From Candidatus Hydrogenedentota bacterium (GTDB lineage: Bacteria; Hydrogenedentota; Hydrogenedentia; Hydrogenedentales; SLHB01): a DNA stretch of 64,000 nt. Both the position numbers and the translations under genes were made by a program. A model generated the notes under the pieces. The model was not told where the DNA came from and made no database searches. It saw nothing but the letters and a program-made list of their open reading frames with translations. The DNA lies in NCBI GenBank assembly GCA_045863295.1, contig BTWA01000015.1, forward strand, positions 1-64,000. The letters run 5' to 3'. Below, piece by piece: positions 10,926-21,027 of the stretch (position 1 is its first letter; each line of letters starts with the position of its first letter).

Positions 10926-12893
10926 CTATCCCTCGCCGCTGCCGATAGATGGCGTTGCCGTGCCCGCCGCACGGTCGAACACTACATAGAATTCTTGCGG
11001 CCCTTGTGGGGGCCACGGCACATACAAATTTCCGCCGTGCAGGCGCATCCTCATTTTGCCGTGCTCCGGATTGCTGACCTCATCCTTCCACCAAACGATG
11101 CTGGGGTAAGGATTCGAGCGAATCCAACCGTGATCCACATCGTTCACCGTTCCGTCCGGGAAACTCACAACAAGGGTCAAATCATCGCGGATATCCAATG
11201 CGGCGATCGGCGGATCCCCTTGTGACTCCTGACCCTCAACACTTGACACAAATCCGGACGCTTTCCACGATCCGACAAGTTGCGTCTGCACGCGCCAATA
11301 GGCATTGGGCCCAAACCGCAGGCGCGACATCGGATGCGGTCCAGTCTGCATGGCCATACTCAGCCCGGTGGAGGCAAACACGACCGCCGGCGATGCAAGG
11401 CACAAGACCAAAAATGCCTTACCCAGGCGCCATTGTGAATCCGTATACGGGGTTGATCCGGTCGACACTCTCGCCCTTCGCGCGCGAGAGTAGTGGACGA
11501 GCAACAACCACGTCACGGTACTAATGAAAAACACGAAAAGGAAATTGATGACCAGCCGCTGGTCGCTTTTGGCATCGGTAAACCGCGTCACGAACGCGCT
11601 GATCCAGTTCACCCACAGAAGGAGAATCAATGCCAGCGCACCTTTGCCGTATGCGGAAGAAGGCACAACGGGTAATTCATCGCGGTAGTACAAATACAGG
11701 GCATGCACGGCCACACCTGCGATCAGCAAGCCGCCAACCAGATACCAAACCCACGGCATCACCCCAAGCACGGGCTCCTGAGGCGCGACCTTATACCGGT
11801 GAATCCAGGCAATCGGAGCATTCTTCAAATTAATCCAGGACAACACAACAAGAACGGAAAATGCGGAAAAGACATCCAGTGGCCGGCGTTCGCAATCTTC
11901 CTCCGCGGGCTTCAAGCCGCGGCGCAACATACCCGTCACAACCATCGCAATGCCCATCCCGAACAAAAAACCGAAACTCATTTCAAACGTCTTGCCACGG
12001 AAGAATTCGCCGGTACCCGCGAATGGGCCCCACGATACGTGAATCGGATGGCGCAAGAGCATCGCCGTGGCATAGGCAAGTCCGCCTATCACCGCCCCAT
12101 ACGCGCTCATGGCAAGGGCCGCGCGATTCTTGTCGCGATGAAGGTAAATCAAGAGTGCGGCATACATCCCAAGTACACCGCCCCACGACTCGCTTCGGTA
12201 CGGCGGAACCAGCGCAAGGCCGCCGAATTTGGTCAAAACTAAATATCCGGTCCACCAAGCCACTGCACTCAAAAAGAGAAAACCCGCCGCGGCCCGGTCT
12301 TTGGGCCGCGCAATCCAGTGCACGCCGCTTGCGATCAAACCCAGCAATGCCGCAAGCCATTCGCCGTCGTGCCAGTGTTCCTGCGTATAAACGGCGTACG
12401 CCGCTTGCCAATCCGGCCGGAATGCGAACGCAAGGTATGCGGCGAAATAAAAAGCGCACACCGTGGCAAACGCCCGCGCCAGCGACTCAAGCCGCGTTCG
12501 CGGCAGCGTCAGCGCTATCCCGATGGTTCCGCACCCTAGTCCGCACCAGAGTACGCCGATAAAGAAAATACCCGCGTAGCCAAACAATACGGTGGGAAAC
12601 GAATAACTGGAAACGTAGAGCGTGTATTCCATGAAGGTGAGGCTGCCGCCCCACGCAAACCCAACCGCGCCGAACAACGCCGCCACCATCGATCGCCGGT
12701 GCCAATCCGGCCTGCCCGATCCCAGACACAAAACCATGCCGAGAATCGCCCCGGCCACCATGCCGCCGGACTCATGCCCGACCACGCCCCGGTACTGCCA
12801 GCCAAATGCCATGCCAATACCGCTCATCAAGCACAACAACAACGGATTCAGTGCGGACGATCCCGCCTTGTCGTGTCTGGCGCTTTCTGCCAT
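10926..12893 (-). CDS. Uncharacterised polytopic membrane protein with a soluble C-terminal domain
   Basis: 655 aa with many TM segments; GWQYRGVVGHESG motif; paralogous to 16344-17741. Confidence 0.8.
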   Translation of the reverse strand: MAESARHDKAGSSALNPLLLCLMSGIGMAFGWQYRGVVGHESGGMVAGAILGMVLCLGSGRPDWHRRSMVAALFGAVGFAWGGSLTFMEYTLYVSSYSFPTVLFGYAGIFFIGVLWCGLGCGTIGIALTLPRTRLESLARAFATVCAFYFAAYLAFAFRPDWQAAYAVYTQEHWHDGEWLAALLGLIASGVHWIARPKDRAAAGFLFLSAVAWWTGYLVLTKFGGLALVPPYRSESWGGVLGMYAALLIYLHRDKNRAALAMSAYGAVIGGLAYATAMLLRHPIHVSWGPFAGTGEFFRGKTFEMSFGFLFGMGIAMVVTGMLRRGLKPAEEDCERRPLDVFSAFSVLVVLSWINLKNAPIAWIHRYKVAPQEPVLGVMPWVWYLVGGLLIAGVAVHALYLYYRDELPVVPSSAYGKGALALILLLWVNWISAFVTRFTDAKSDQRLVINFLFVFFISTVTWLLLVHYSRARRARVSTGSTPYTDSQWRLGKAFLVLCLASPAVVFASTGLSMAMQTGPHPMSRLRFGPNAYWRVQTQLVGSWKASGFVSSVEGQESQGDPPIAALDIRDDLTLVVSFPDGTVNDVDHGWIRSNPYPSIVWWKDEVSNPEHGKMRMRLHGGNLYVPWPPQGPQEFYVVFDRAAGTATPSIGSGEG

Positions 12894-13133
12894 GGGTTTC
12901 CTCGCTCTTCAGTTCCACGTTGTCCATTGCATCGGCTCGGCGGGGCTGCACAATACCGGAATGGACTCCTCGGTTCGCGATTCGGCGTGCCTCCCCGAAG
13001 ACTTGATGACGCGCACGAAGAATACTACACTGGCGATGCACGTGCGACATCGGCGTTCCCGCGCGTGGCTATTTGGGGGAATCGCGAATGCCAATCGCTC
13101 CGGTGCAATGCCGGAAGCCGAACAGGAGGGGGT

Positions 13134-13874
13134 ATGCACATCCGTGCCGGAAAACTCGTGTCAATAATGATGATTGCGGGACTCATCGCCGGAATCGGGG
13201 GCGACGTTCAAAGCCAGGCCGCGCCGGTAAAATGCCTGATGGTGGGCCTCGGACCGCATGGCGAGGTCGTGCTCAACGCCGCACTCGACGATATCAAGGC
13301 AAACTACCCAAGCGTCGAGATTACGGCAACGGAAGACATCGAAGCGTTACACATCGAAAATCTCCGCAACTATGACGTGCTCGCCATGGTCCAGATGAAA
13401 GTCGAGAACGGCAATCCCCCGGATTTTGTCAAAGAAAGCATCCTTCAGTTCCTTAAAGAAGGTCGCGGATTGGTGGTTACCCACTTCGCCGTGGCCAACG
13501 TCCAGGAATGGCGGGATTCCATCGACATTTACGGCGCCATGTGGGTCAGCGGCAAATCGACTCACGGGCCGTACCATGAGTTTCGCGTGGACGTGAAAGA
13601 GGAGGCCCATCCGATTGTCGAAGGGGTGAAACCGTTCACCACCAACGACGAACTCTACTTCAATCTGCTTATGCGGCCCGACATGCACGTCATCATGACG
13701 GCAAACGAAGAACGCTTCGGCCACACTGTCGCCGAGCCCATGCTGGCCACCCACTACGTACACAACGCGCGTTGCGTATACTTCGCGCTGGGCCACGACG
13801 CGAAGTCGTGCGAACCACCGGAATTCAGGAAAATTCTCGTCCAGTCGATTGAATGGGCCGCCTGCAGGCGATAG
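13134..13874 (+). CDS. ThuA-like (class I glutamine amidotransferase-fold) secreted protein
   Basis: AGGAGG RBS before ATG 13134; signal peptide; GRGLVVTH, HPIVEG, DELY and YFALGHD motifs. Confidence 0.85.
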   Translation: MHIRAGKLVSIMMIAGLIAGIGGDVQSQAAPVKCLMVGLGPHGEVVLNAALDDIKANYPSVEITATEDIEALHIENLRNYDVLAMVQMKVENGNPPDFVKESILQFLKEGRGLVVTHFAVANVQEWRDSIDIYGAMWVSGKSTHGPYHEFRVDVKEEAHPIVEGVKPFTTNDELYFNLLMRPDMHVIMTANEERFGHTVAEPMLATHYVHNARCVYFALGHDAKSCEPPEFRKILVQSIEWAACRR

Positions 13875-13879
13875 CGGTT

Positions 13880-13915
13880 AAAAAAAGGGCGCCACGGCAA
13901 CAAACCGTGGCGCCC
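13880..13915 (-). terminator. Intrinsic terminator between convergent genes
   Basis: Perfect 11-bp stem GGGCGCCACGG/CCGTGGCGCCC with 7-nt loop; A-tract at 13880-13886 reads as a U-tract on the minus strand. Confidence 0.8.
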
Positions 13916-13931
13916 CTAAATCCGGCCAAGA

Positions 13932-15365
13932 TTATTCCAGCGCCTTGTACGAACGCTCCTTGATAAACGACAACTTGAACACCGTGCCAGGATCATTGGC
14001 CACCACGTAAACCGCGCCGTCAGGGCCGCATCCGACATCCCGAAGCCGGCCCACGTTTTTCAATATCACTTCCTGATGCATCACGCGATCCTCGGTCACG
14101 CGGACCACCCGAAGTTCCTCGTTTCGCAGTGCAGTCACTAGCAGTGCGTTGTTCCAAAGCGGAAACTGACTGCCGGAATAGAAATCAATGCCGCACACGG
14201 CAATGGAGGGACGCCAAAAGGAAGCAGGCTGTTCCAGCCCTTCTTTCACAGGCGAATCGGCTACCTGTGCGCCGTTGTAGTTCCGGCCCCACGTGACGAG
14301 CGGCCAGCCGTAGTTCTTGCCCGCGCGAATGACATTTATCTCGTCGCCGCCCATAGGACCATGTTCCGTCTCCCACAGCAATTGGCTATCCGGGTGCACG
14401 GCCAGGCCTTGAGCATTTCGGTTCCCCAGCGAATAAATGCTCGGTATGGCGCCCGCCTCTTTTATGAAAGGGTTATCTTCGGGGATTCGCCCATCCGGCC
14501 AAATCCGGTGAATCTTGCCATTGGGCCGTGTCAGGTCCTGCGCATGATCCTGCATGCCGCGCTCGCCAATCGAAAAGTACAAGTAACCCTTCGCATCGAA
14601 CACAATCCGGCAACCGAAATGAACGCGTGTGCTCAGATACGTCTCAGGCGGCGCTTCAAAGACCGTTTCCTCACTAGTCCACTTACCGCCCTTGATCTTG
14701 CCTCGCACAATTTTCGTCATGGCCGCGCACGGTTTACCTTCGACGGAAGGCAGGCCGTGGCTATACGCCAAGTAAACCCACCCGTTGTCCGCGTACTGCG
14801 GATCGACGGCCACGTCCATTAATCCGCCCTGCCCCTCGCCCAAGACCTCGGGTGTGCCAGCGACTGGCTCTGCCTGCAATGCGCCGTTCTTTGCGACGCG
14901 CAAACGCCCAGCCTTTTCGGTAATCAATACGGTGTCCTTGTCAGGAAACGCAATCCCCCACGGTTCCTCCAGACCCTCCGCCCACGCATCTACTTTCACG
15001 TGATAATCCTGGGTTTGTATTTCCGCGGGAGGCGGCGGCTTCACAGCGCCCGAACTCTTTTCTGCGCTCAAAATGTACTCGACTACGGCACGGATTTGCG
15101 CGTCGCTCATGGAAGATTCATACGCCGGCATTCCGAGATCGGTAATGCCGTGTTTGATGTTCCGCGTCACGTAGCCGCTGCCGGATCCAAACTGCCACAC
15201 GCCATCGACCATACTTTGCGCGTTCCCGCCCCGCAACTCCGCGCCATGGCATTGCGCACAAAACTGTTGATACAAAGCCTTCCCGTCAGGTGCTTCCTGC
15301 GCCATCGCAGCCACACCCATGGACACCCCGGCCAGTCCTAAGAGACCCGTTCGAAGTAATTTCAC
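13932..15365 (-). CDS. PQQ-dependent glucose/sorbosone dehydrogenase with N-terminal cytochrome c
   Basis: Signal peptide; CAQCH heme motif; GQGGLMDV, HFGCRI, GNRNAQG, EHGPMGGDEIN, NYGWP. Confidence 0.9.
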   Translation of the reverse strand: MKLLRTGLLGLAGVSMGVAAMAQEAPDGKALYQQFCAQCHGAELRGGNAQSMVDGVWQFGSGSGYVTRNIKHGITDLGMPAYESSMSDAQIRAVVEYILSAEKSSGAVKPPPPAEIQTQDYHVKVDAWAEGLEEPWGIAFPDKDTVLITEKAGRLRVAKNGALQAEPVAGTPEVLGEGQGGLMDVAVDPQYADNGWVYLAYSHGLPSVEGKPCAAMTKIVRGKIKGGKWTSEETVFEAPPETYLSTRVHFGCRIVFDAKGYLYFSIGERGMQDHAQDLTRPNGKIHRIWPDGRIPEDNPFIKEAGAIPSIYSLGNRNAQGLAVHPDSQLLWETEHGPMGGDEINVIRAGKNYGWPLVTWGRNYNGAQVADSPVKEGLEQPASFWRPSIAVCGIDFYSGSQFPLWNNALLVTALRNEELRVVRVTEDRVMHQEVILKNVGRLRDVGCGPDGAVYVVANDPGTVFKLSFIKERSYKALE

Positions 15366-15492
15366 GGCACACTCCTGTCACGATGTAGTGAATTGGTTTC
15401 CCTTGCAGCGAAGGAAGGAGCATAGCATCGAAAAACCAACGCCTTCCAGCCCAGGCAAATGACAGCCCGGAATGGCAGGCAGGTGTGCAATC

Positions 15493-16347
15493 TTACCGGG
15501 CCTCGAACTCGATTGTGCCCAAAGTGCCAAAATCAGCCCGGTACCGGCCGGCTTCCGCGCGCAAAATCGTCCCCAAAGCGCCGTTGGTAATCACAAATCC
15601 CTTTTCAACGGCGTATCCCCGCCCCACCACGCCATTAACCACCTTGAGCAGCGTCGCCCACTGTCCATCTTTTGCCTGATTGCCCTTGGCCGAATTCACC
15701 ACTACCCCGTTGTGCTTCAATTCAATCGTCACACGATCAGGGTCTATTGTGCTGGCGTCTACCGGCTTGCCAACAATCATTTCCCTCGCATTGATATTCC
15801 AGGCAATCAGATCCGCGGCAGTGGTTGCCTGGCTAGTCATTGTCGCGCCGCCCGGCAACTCCACAATCGGCGCAATGTAGGCTACCACCTTCTTCAAGGC
15901 CTCAATGTCCTTCAGCGCAACAGTGACTGCTTCGCCAAACACGTATCCAATCTCGGTTTCGACATGGCGTGGAGCCCCGTCATCAAGGCGAAGCGTGTGG
16001 CCATCGGTTGATTTCCGGATGCCCGCCGCAGGCATCACACCAGTTATGGGACCGTCAATACCAAGCCCCGTCTGCGCAGCCGCTGCAATAGCCGCGGCTT
16101 TGAATCCCCCAATCCCGCCGACCCCGCAGGTTCGCGTCACCAGTTCGCGCTGAATATCGTAGGCGTCGGCAATTGTGGTTTGTGGATGAGACACACTCAA
16201 TTGCGGCATGGGAGTGTTGTCTTCACGGCACAGTGTCAGCGTATCCACGTATGCCGACTTCCACTTCCTATGTTCTCCCTGCCCAGACTGCGCCAGCGCT
16301 GAAAGCGACAGCAACACACAAACAAGTACCCAACAGCATCGTTTCAT
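15493..16347 (-). CDS. FAH-superfamily (2-keto-4-pentenoate hydratase-like) protein with signal peptide
   Basis: TIADAYDIQ, GFKAA, VETEIGY, ITNGALG and YRADFGTLGTIEF motifs; ATGA overlap with the upstream gene. Confidence 0.8.
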   Translation of the reverse strand: MKRCCWVLVCVLLSLSALAQSGQGEHRKWKSAYVDTLTLCREDNTPMPQLSVSHPQTTIADAYDIQRELVTRTCGVGGIGGFKAAAIAAAAQTGLGIDGPITGVMPAAGIRKSTDGHTLRLDDGAPRHVETEIGYVFGEAVTVALKDIEALKKVVAYIAPIVELPGGATMTSQATTAADLIAWNINAREMIVGKPVDASTIDPDRVTIELKHNGVVVNSAKGNQAKDGQWATLLKVVNGVVGRGYAVEKGFVITNGALGTILRAEAGRYRADFGTLGTIEFEAR

Positions 16348-17741
16348 GTGTTTTCCACCTTATGTGAACCAATCCCTCTCGTCACCGATCGTTCCCAGAA
16401 AACATAAATGTATGCCGAAGTAACAATCGTGGAGACCGTGAAAATCAAGTGCACGAGAACGATGGCCGGGTCTTTCGTCAGCATATATCCAAGCCCGTGA
16501 ATAAAGTAGTCACGGTAGAGAAACGTCTTGACACAACTCACCCCATAACATGCCGCTACCAGCGACAGAAAGAGGATGGGAACGGCCCTAGCATGGCGGT
16601 GGCACAAACCTACCAGCAACGCCATGCCTGCAGTAAATACAATGAGTACCGTAGCAAGCGTAGCAGGCTCCCACGTGATGCCGCCGTGATCAAACATATC
16701 CTCGTTCATGTCCAGCACCGTATGAAAAAACGTAAGGGTAATGGCAACCTGCCACGCCGTGTGCGGCGACCTCAAGCCAAGCGCAAGGCAAATGAAACCA
16801 AACACAGTAAACGTGCGGAGAAACATGAGGACGAATCGAACAAGACCCGCGACCGGAGAATCGCCCGCCGCCCTCGCAAGGAAAGGCAACACAAAGAAAC
16901 CGGCCAATACGATCGCGACCAGCCCAAGAAACGAGCCGAGACCCAATTCTGACTTCGCGTTATTTTTACCGGAGTCGGAAATCTGGTCACGATTCCGGTA
17001 TCCTGCCAACCCAATTGCCGCACCCAAGATCGCTCCGAACGAAAACTCCATCGCTTTCCACCAGCCAAACCACTGCTGCGGCAACGGCAGCTTCGGCCCG
17101 ATCACCATCCACAAGGCTCCTCCGCCAAACCCCAATGCGCCGCCCAACGCCCCCCAACCAGCAAACCGCAGTGGCAAACCCGCGTGCTCGCCTTTGGCTC
17201 GCCAGCGGAGAAACGATAGGAAAGCAATCGCGGCAAACAACAATCCGGCCCAACTCTCGTCGCGAGGTCGATCCAGACGGTTCGAGAAATAAATGAGCTT
17301 GGGTTCATTGATCAGCTTGATGCCAATATAAAATGCGACGATGGACACGGCAAACGCCGCAAGCAAAGTGGTGTACTTATACTGGTTCCGCGTAAGCCCC
17401 ACGGCCAGCACGGCGCAACCCAACAATCCCCATACGGCCCCTTTCACCGTGCAGCCCAATAATCCCCAGGACACCGTCTCCGCATCGCGCAAGAACCCAA
17501 GCGTTTGGCCATAAGTCATGTCGCCGCCGAAACCAATGCCAATGGCGCCGAAGAGCGCGGCCATGGCCGCTGCCTCTTTCTTGTGACCCAGCATCATGCT
17601 CAGCGACAAAGCGACGAAACTCCCCGGGATCATCGCACCGAAAGGGCCTCCGCCAATATAACCGCGCAAACCCCACCCCAGAAGCATCGCCACCGAAGGA
17701 AAGAAAATAAACTCAAATGCACTCGCCTGCCGCTGGCTCAT
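16344..17741 (-). CDS. Uncharacterised polytopic membrane protein
   Basis: GGAG RBS before ATG 17741; GWGLRGYIGGG, GGDMTYGQ and WWKAMEFSFG motifs; paralog of 10926-12893. Confidence 0.8.
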   Translation of the reverse strand: MSQRQASAFEFIFFPSVAMLLGWGLRGYIGGGPFGAMIPGSFVALSLSMMLGHKKEAAAMAALFGAIGIGFGGDMTYGQTLGFLRDAETVSWGLLGCTVKGAVWGLLGCAVLAVGLTRNQYKYTTLLAAFAVSIVAFYIGIKLINEPKLIYFSNRLDRPRDESWAGLLFAAIAFLSFLRWRAKGEHAGLPLRFAGWGALGGALGFGGGALWMVIGPKLPLPQQWFGWWKAMEFSFGAILGAAIGLAGYRNRDQISDSGKNNAKSELGLGSFLGLVAIVLAGFFVLPFLARAAGDSPVAGLVRFVLMFLRTFTVFGFICLALGLRSPHTAWQVAITLTFFHTVLDMNEDMFDHGGITWEPATLATVLIVFTAGMALLVGLCHRHARAVPILFLSLVAACYGVSCVKTFLYRDYFIHGLGYMLTKDPAIVLVHLIFTVSTIVTSAYIYVFWERSVTRGIGSHKVENT

Positions 17742-17877
17742 GGCAATCTCCGAATTAGTTCCGTCTTTTACCGCACGGACCGGGAAATAGAGAGTATATC
17801 GCATAGAGGCCGGACGGTTGCATCTTGAATGCACGAGTACCATACTGCAGGAAGATAAAATTCCGCGGGACATCTCC

Positions 17878-20874
17878 ATGCATTTCAAAATACGGTTGAT
17901 TGTCGCACTCGCTGCCGCTCTGCCAGCTTTCTCTCAGGGCACTCTTTCCAGAGCGGACCTCCATCAACAATTCGCCAATCCCCCTATCGATTGCTGGCCA
18001 CGCACGCGTTGGTGGTGGATGGGAAATGCCATGACCCTCGAGGATATCGAGTGGCAATTGCGGCAAATGAAAGACCACGGCATCGGCGGCGTCGAGCAGA
18101 TCACCATGGAGCCGGTATACGAAAAAGGAAACTACGAGTTTCTTTCCCATCAGTACCTTGAGCAAATCCGGCACGCTGTAAGTGTCGCCGAGACCCTGCA
18201 CATGTCAGTCTCGTTCAACTTTGGTGGCCCGGGCTGGGTGTTCGGCGGGAACTGGGTTCCCCAGGATGAAAGAAATCAGTGCCTCATCGCCAGCGCATTG
18301 GATGTCGATGGCGCAAGCACATTCTCAGGGCCGCTATCGCTGGATGCCACCATCAATCCACGCGACGTGCCCCGATCGGTAACCCGCATATCGCCAGAGG
18401 ACACGCTACTCCGTGTAATCGCCGGCCGAATTGACAATGGCCTGCTTAAGGAAGACTCGCTAATCGACATCACCGGCCATGCGGCTGGCCGCGAGATTTC
18501 CTGGACCGTTCCCGAAGGCCACTGGCGCATTATGGCGTTTTGGCTCGCGCCCATGGGCGATAATACGGTCGATCATCTTAACAAAGACGCTATGCAACGC
18601 TACTTTGACTACGTGGGGGAATTTTTTGAGAAAGCGGTGGGCCATGCCTTCGGCTCCACCGTCGATTCATTCTTCGCGGACAGCTTCGAAGTGCCCATTC
18701 ACCGAAATGCCATCTATTGGAATGCCCAGCTCCTCCCTTTGTTCAAACAGCGAATGGGATACGAACTCACACCATACCTGCCGGCCATTTGGTGGGAAGT
18801 CGATGCCATTTCGCCCAAGATTCGCTATGACGTCAACGCATTTCTTCATACCATGGGTATGGAAGCCTTTTACGGACCATTCCTGGATTGGTGCCGGCAA
18901 CACCAAGTCGAAGGCCGCGTGCAGCCCTACGGATTTGCAACGGACAATATCGAAGGCGCGGGCGTGGCCGGTATCCCGGAAATGGAGATCACCGCCGGCG
19001 AAAAAGATTCCGTCCCATGGTTCGACACCCGCGTCGGGCCGCGCACCTACGTCGCCTCAGGCGCCCATCTTTACGGACGAAACGTCGTCAGCACAGAGGC
19101 CTATACCTACCTCCACTGGGAACGCTATCGGGAGACGCTGGAAGAACTGAAAATCGCCGGCGACGTCTTCCTCGCTTCCGGAGCGAATCTCTTTTACAAT
19201 CACGGCTACCTTGGCACGCCGGAGCGTTCGTTTGCCCCTACCCGCGATTTCAGCGCCGCCATCCACATTGATCACACGAACATCTGGTGGCGGTACTATC
19301 CCCATGTCAGCCAGTATATCGCACGCTCGTGTTACCTCCTACGACAGGGACAATACAGAGCAGACATTGCCGTCTACTCGCCACTCGCGAACCAATGGAC
19401 ACAGGACTGCCTCAACGCACGCCGTTGGACGCGCGACTTCAATTGGGGAGAATTGGGCAGACTCCTCTGGGCCAATGGGTACAACTTCGACATCGTCAAC
19501 GACGACTGTCTCCAGAATCGAACGGCCTTCAATGGTCAATCGATGGCAATCGGCGAAAATCAATATCACATCCTCATACTCCCGAACATCGCCGCCATGC
19601 CATTGGAGTCTCTGAAGAGAATTCAGCAATACGTTTCGCAGGGGGGTGTCGTCATTGCCATTGAGCGCACTCCGGTTCAATCTACGGGATTTATAGACCA
19701 TGCAGCCAAGGATGAGCAGGCGAAGGCCATTGCCACATCCCTCTTCGCTCCGGTATCTCGGGATCGTCATGTCATTGAGCACACCTACGGCACAGGCAAA
19801 ACGTATCGGATCGATCATGTCATCGATCGCACCGATCCGTTGTATCAACATGAAAGCGCCCACGACCCCTTCCTGAACACCGTGCGTGCAAATTGCCAGC
19901 CCGATTTCAGCATTGACTTCGCAAGTAACGACCTACGAGAAAACGCGGGCCTGATCTTCAATCACCGGGCTTCGACTCGCCGAAGCATATACTTTGTAGC
20001 AAACGTCCAGGATCGCCCGGTATACCACAAAGTGCTTTTTCGAACAGCGGCGGAATCGCCCTATGAATGGAATGCCGGAACCGGGTCAATGAGGCCGTTA
20101 CTTGTCTTCGACCCAAAGCAGAACGGCATTGAACTGCCCATAAGGCTTGGTCCGTTTGAATCCCGGTTTTACGTGTTTGAGTCAGAACCGGCTCGGGGTC
20201 ACGCCGTTGAAACCACGATGGACGATATTGCAGAGGTAAAGGGTACCACCGTAACCGGATGGACAAGCACGAATGGTTTGCACCACCTCTCCCTCCCCGG
20301 AGAATCCACACCGCGCACGGCTGATGTTACCGGCCTTCCAGCGCCTCTGGCAATCGAGGGCAAGTGGTCCGTGACTTTCGATTCGCCACATGAAACTCCC
20401 ATCACAAGATCGACCACAACGTTACGATCATGGACCGATGATCCGGAGACAAGACATTTCAGCGGCACGGCCAAATACAATGTCACGTTCAAACTCCCCC
20501 CGGAATACGTTAACGAAGATACGCGCCTGGAATTGGATCTGGGTAGAGTGGGCATGGTGGCAGACGTAAGCATCAATGAGAACCATGCGGGCGTCAAGTG
20601 GTATCGCTCTCAAACGTTCGACGTAACAGGCTTGGTTCGTACAGGAGAGAACACACTGACCGTGCATGTCACCAACACACTGATCAACCATGTCGCCGGC
20701 CTCGACCGGATGCCCCCTGTGCCGGATGATCTCGTCCCTCGCCTGGGCCAAGGTCTACACGAAGATGCGCCTCACGCGCTCAGCCTCATCGGATACGAGC
20801 CACTCCCACCCTCGGGGTTGCTGGGACCAGTGACAATTCAGCCGAAGAGACGAGTTCGATTCCCAACCAAATAA
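17878..20874 (+). CDS. Glycoside hydrolase, GH106 (alpha-L-rhamnosidase)-like
   Basis: Signal peptide; PRTRWWWMGN, FFADSFE, ASGAHLYGR, FSGTAKY, LDLGRV and SGLLGPV motifs. Confidence 0.8.
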   Translation: MHFKIRLIVALAAALPAFSQGTLSRADLHQQFANPPIDCWPRTRWWWMGNAMTLEDIEWQLRQMKDHGIGGVEQITMEPVYEKGNYEFLSHQYLEQIRHAVSVAETLHMSVSFNFGGPGWVFGGNWVPQDERNQCLIASALDVDGASTFSGPLSLDATINPRDVPRSVTRISPEDTLLRVIAGRIDNGLLKEDSLIDITGHAAGREISWTVPEGHWRIMAFWLAPMGDNTVDHLNKDAMQRYFDYVGEFFEKAVGHAFGSTVDSFFADSFEVPIHRNAIYWNAQLLPLFKQRMGYELTPYLPAIWWEVDAISPKIRYDVNAFLHTMGMEAFYGPFLDWCRQHQVEGRVQPYGFATDNIEGAGVAGIPEMEITAGEKDSVPWFDTRVGPRTYVASGAHLYGRNVVSTEAYTYLHWERYRETLEELKIAGDVFLASGANLFYNHGYLGTPERSFAPTRDFSAAIHIDHTNIWWRYYPHVSQYIARSCYLLRQGQYRADIAVYSPLANQWTQDCLNARRWTRDFNWGELGRLLWANGYNFDIVNDDCLQNRTAFNGQSMAIGENQYHILILPNIAAMPLESLKRIQQYVSQGGVVIAIERTPVQSTGFIDHAAKDEQAKAIATSLFAPVSRDRHVIEHTYGTGKTYRIDHVIDRTDPLYQHESAHDPFLNTVRANCQPDFSIDFASNDLRENAGLIFNHRASTRRSIYFVANVQDRPVYHKVLFRTAAESPYEWNAGTGSMRPLLVFDPKQNGIELPIRLGPFESRFYVFESEPARGHAVETTMDDIAEVKGTTVTGWTSTNGLHHLSLPGESTPRTADVTGLPAPLAIEGKWSVTFDSPHETPITRSTTTLRSWTDDPETRHFSGTAKYNVTFKLPPEYVNEDTRLELDLGRVGMVADVSINENHAGVKWYRSQTFDVTGLVRTGENTLTVHVTNTLINHVAGLDRMPPVPDDLVPRLGQGLHEDAPHALSLIGYEPLPPSGLLGPVTIQPKRRVRFPTK

Positions 20875-21027
20875 ATCCGCTTCAAACATTGACAGTGAAG
20901 CGCTAATAGCAAGCACATTGCCAGAGTAACTCCGATTTCGCTGGCTGACTCTGCGTATTCTTCTACCTCAGCTTCGTGCTACCATCTTGGCGCTGGTCCA
21001 ACCGTACCCAAAAAGGCGCAAGGCAGA

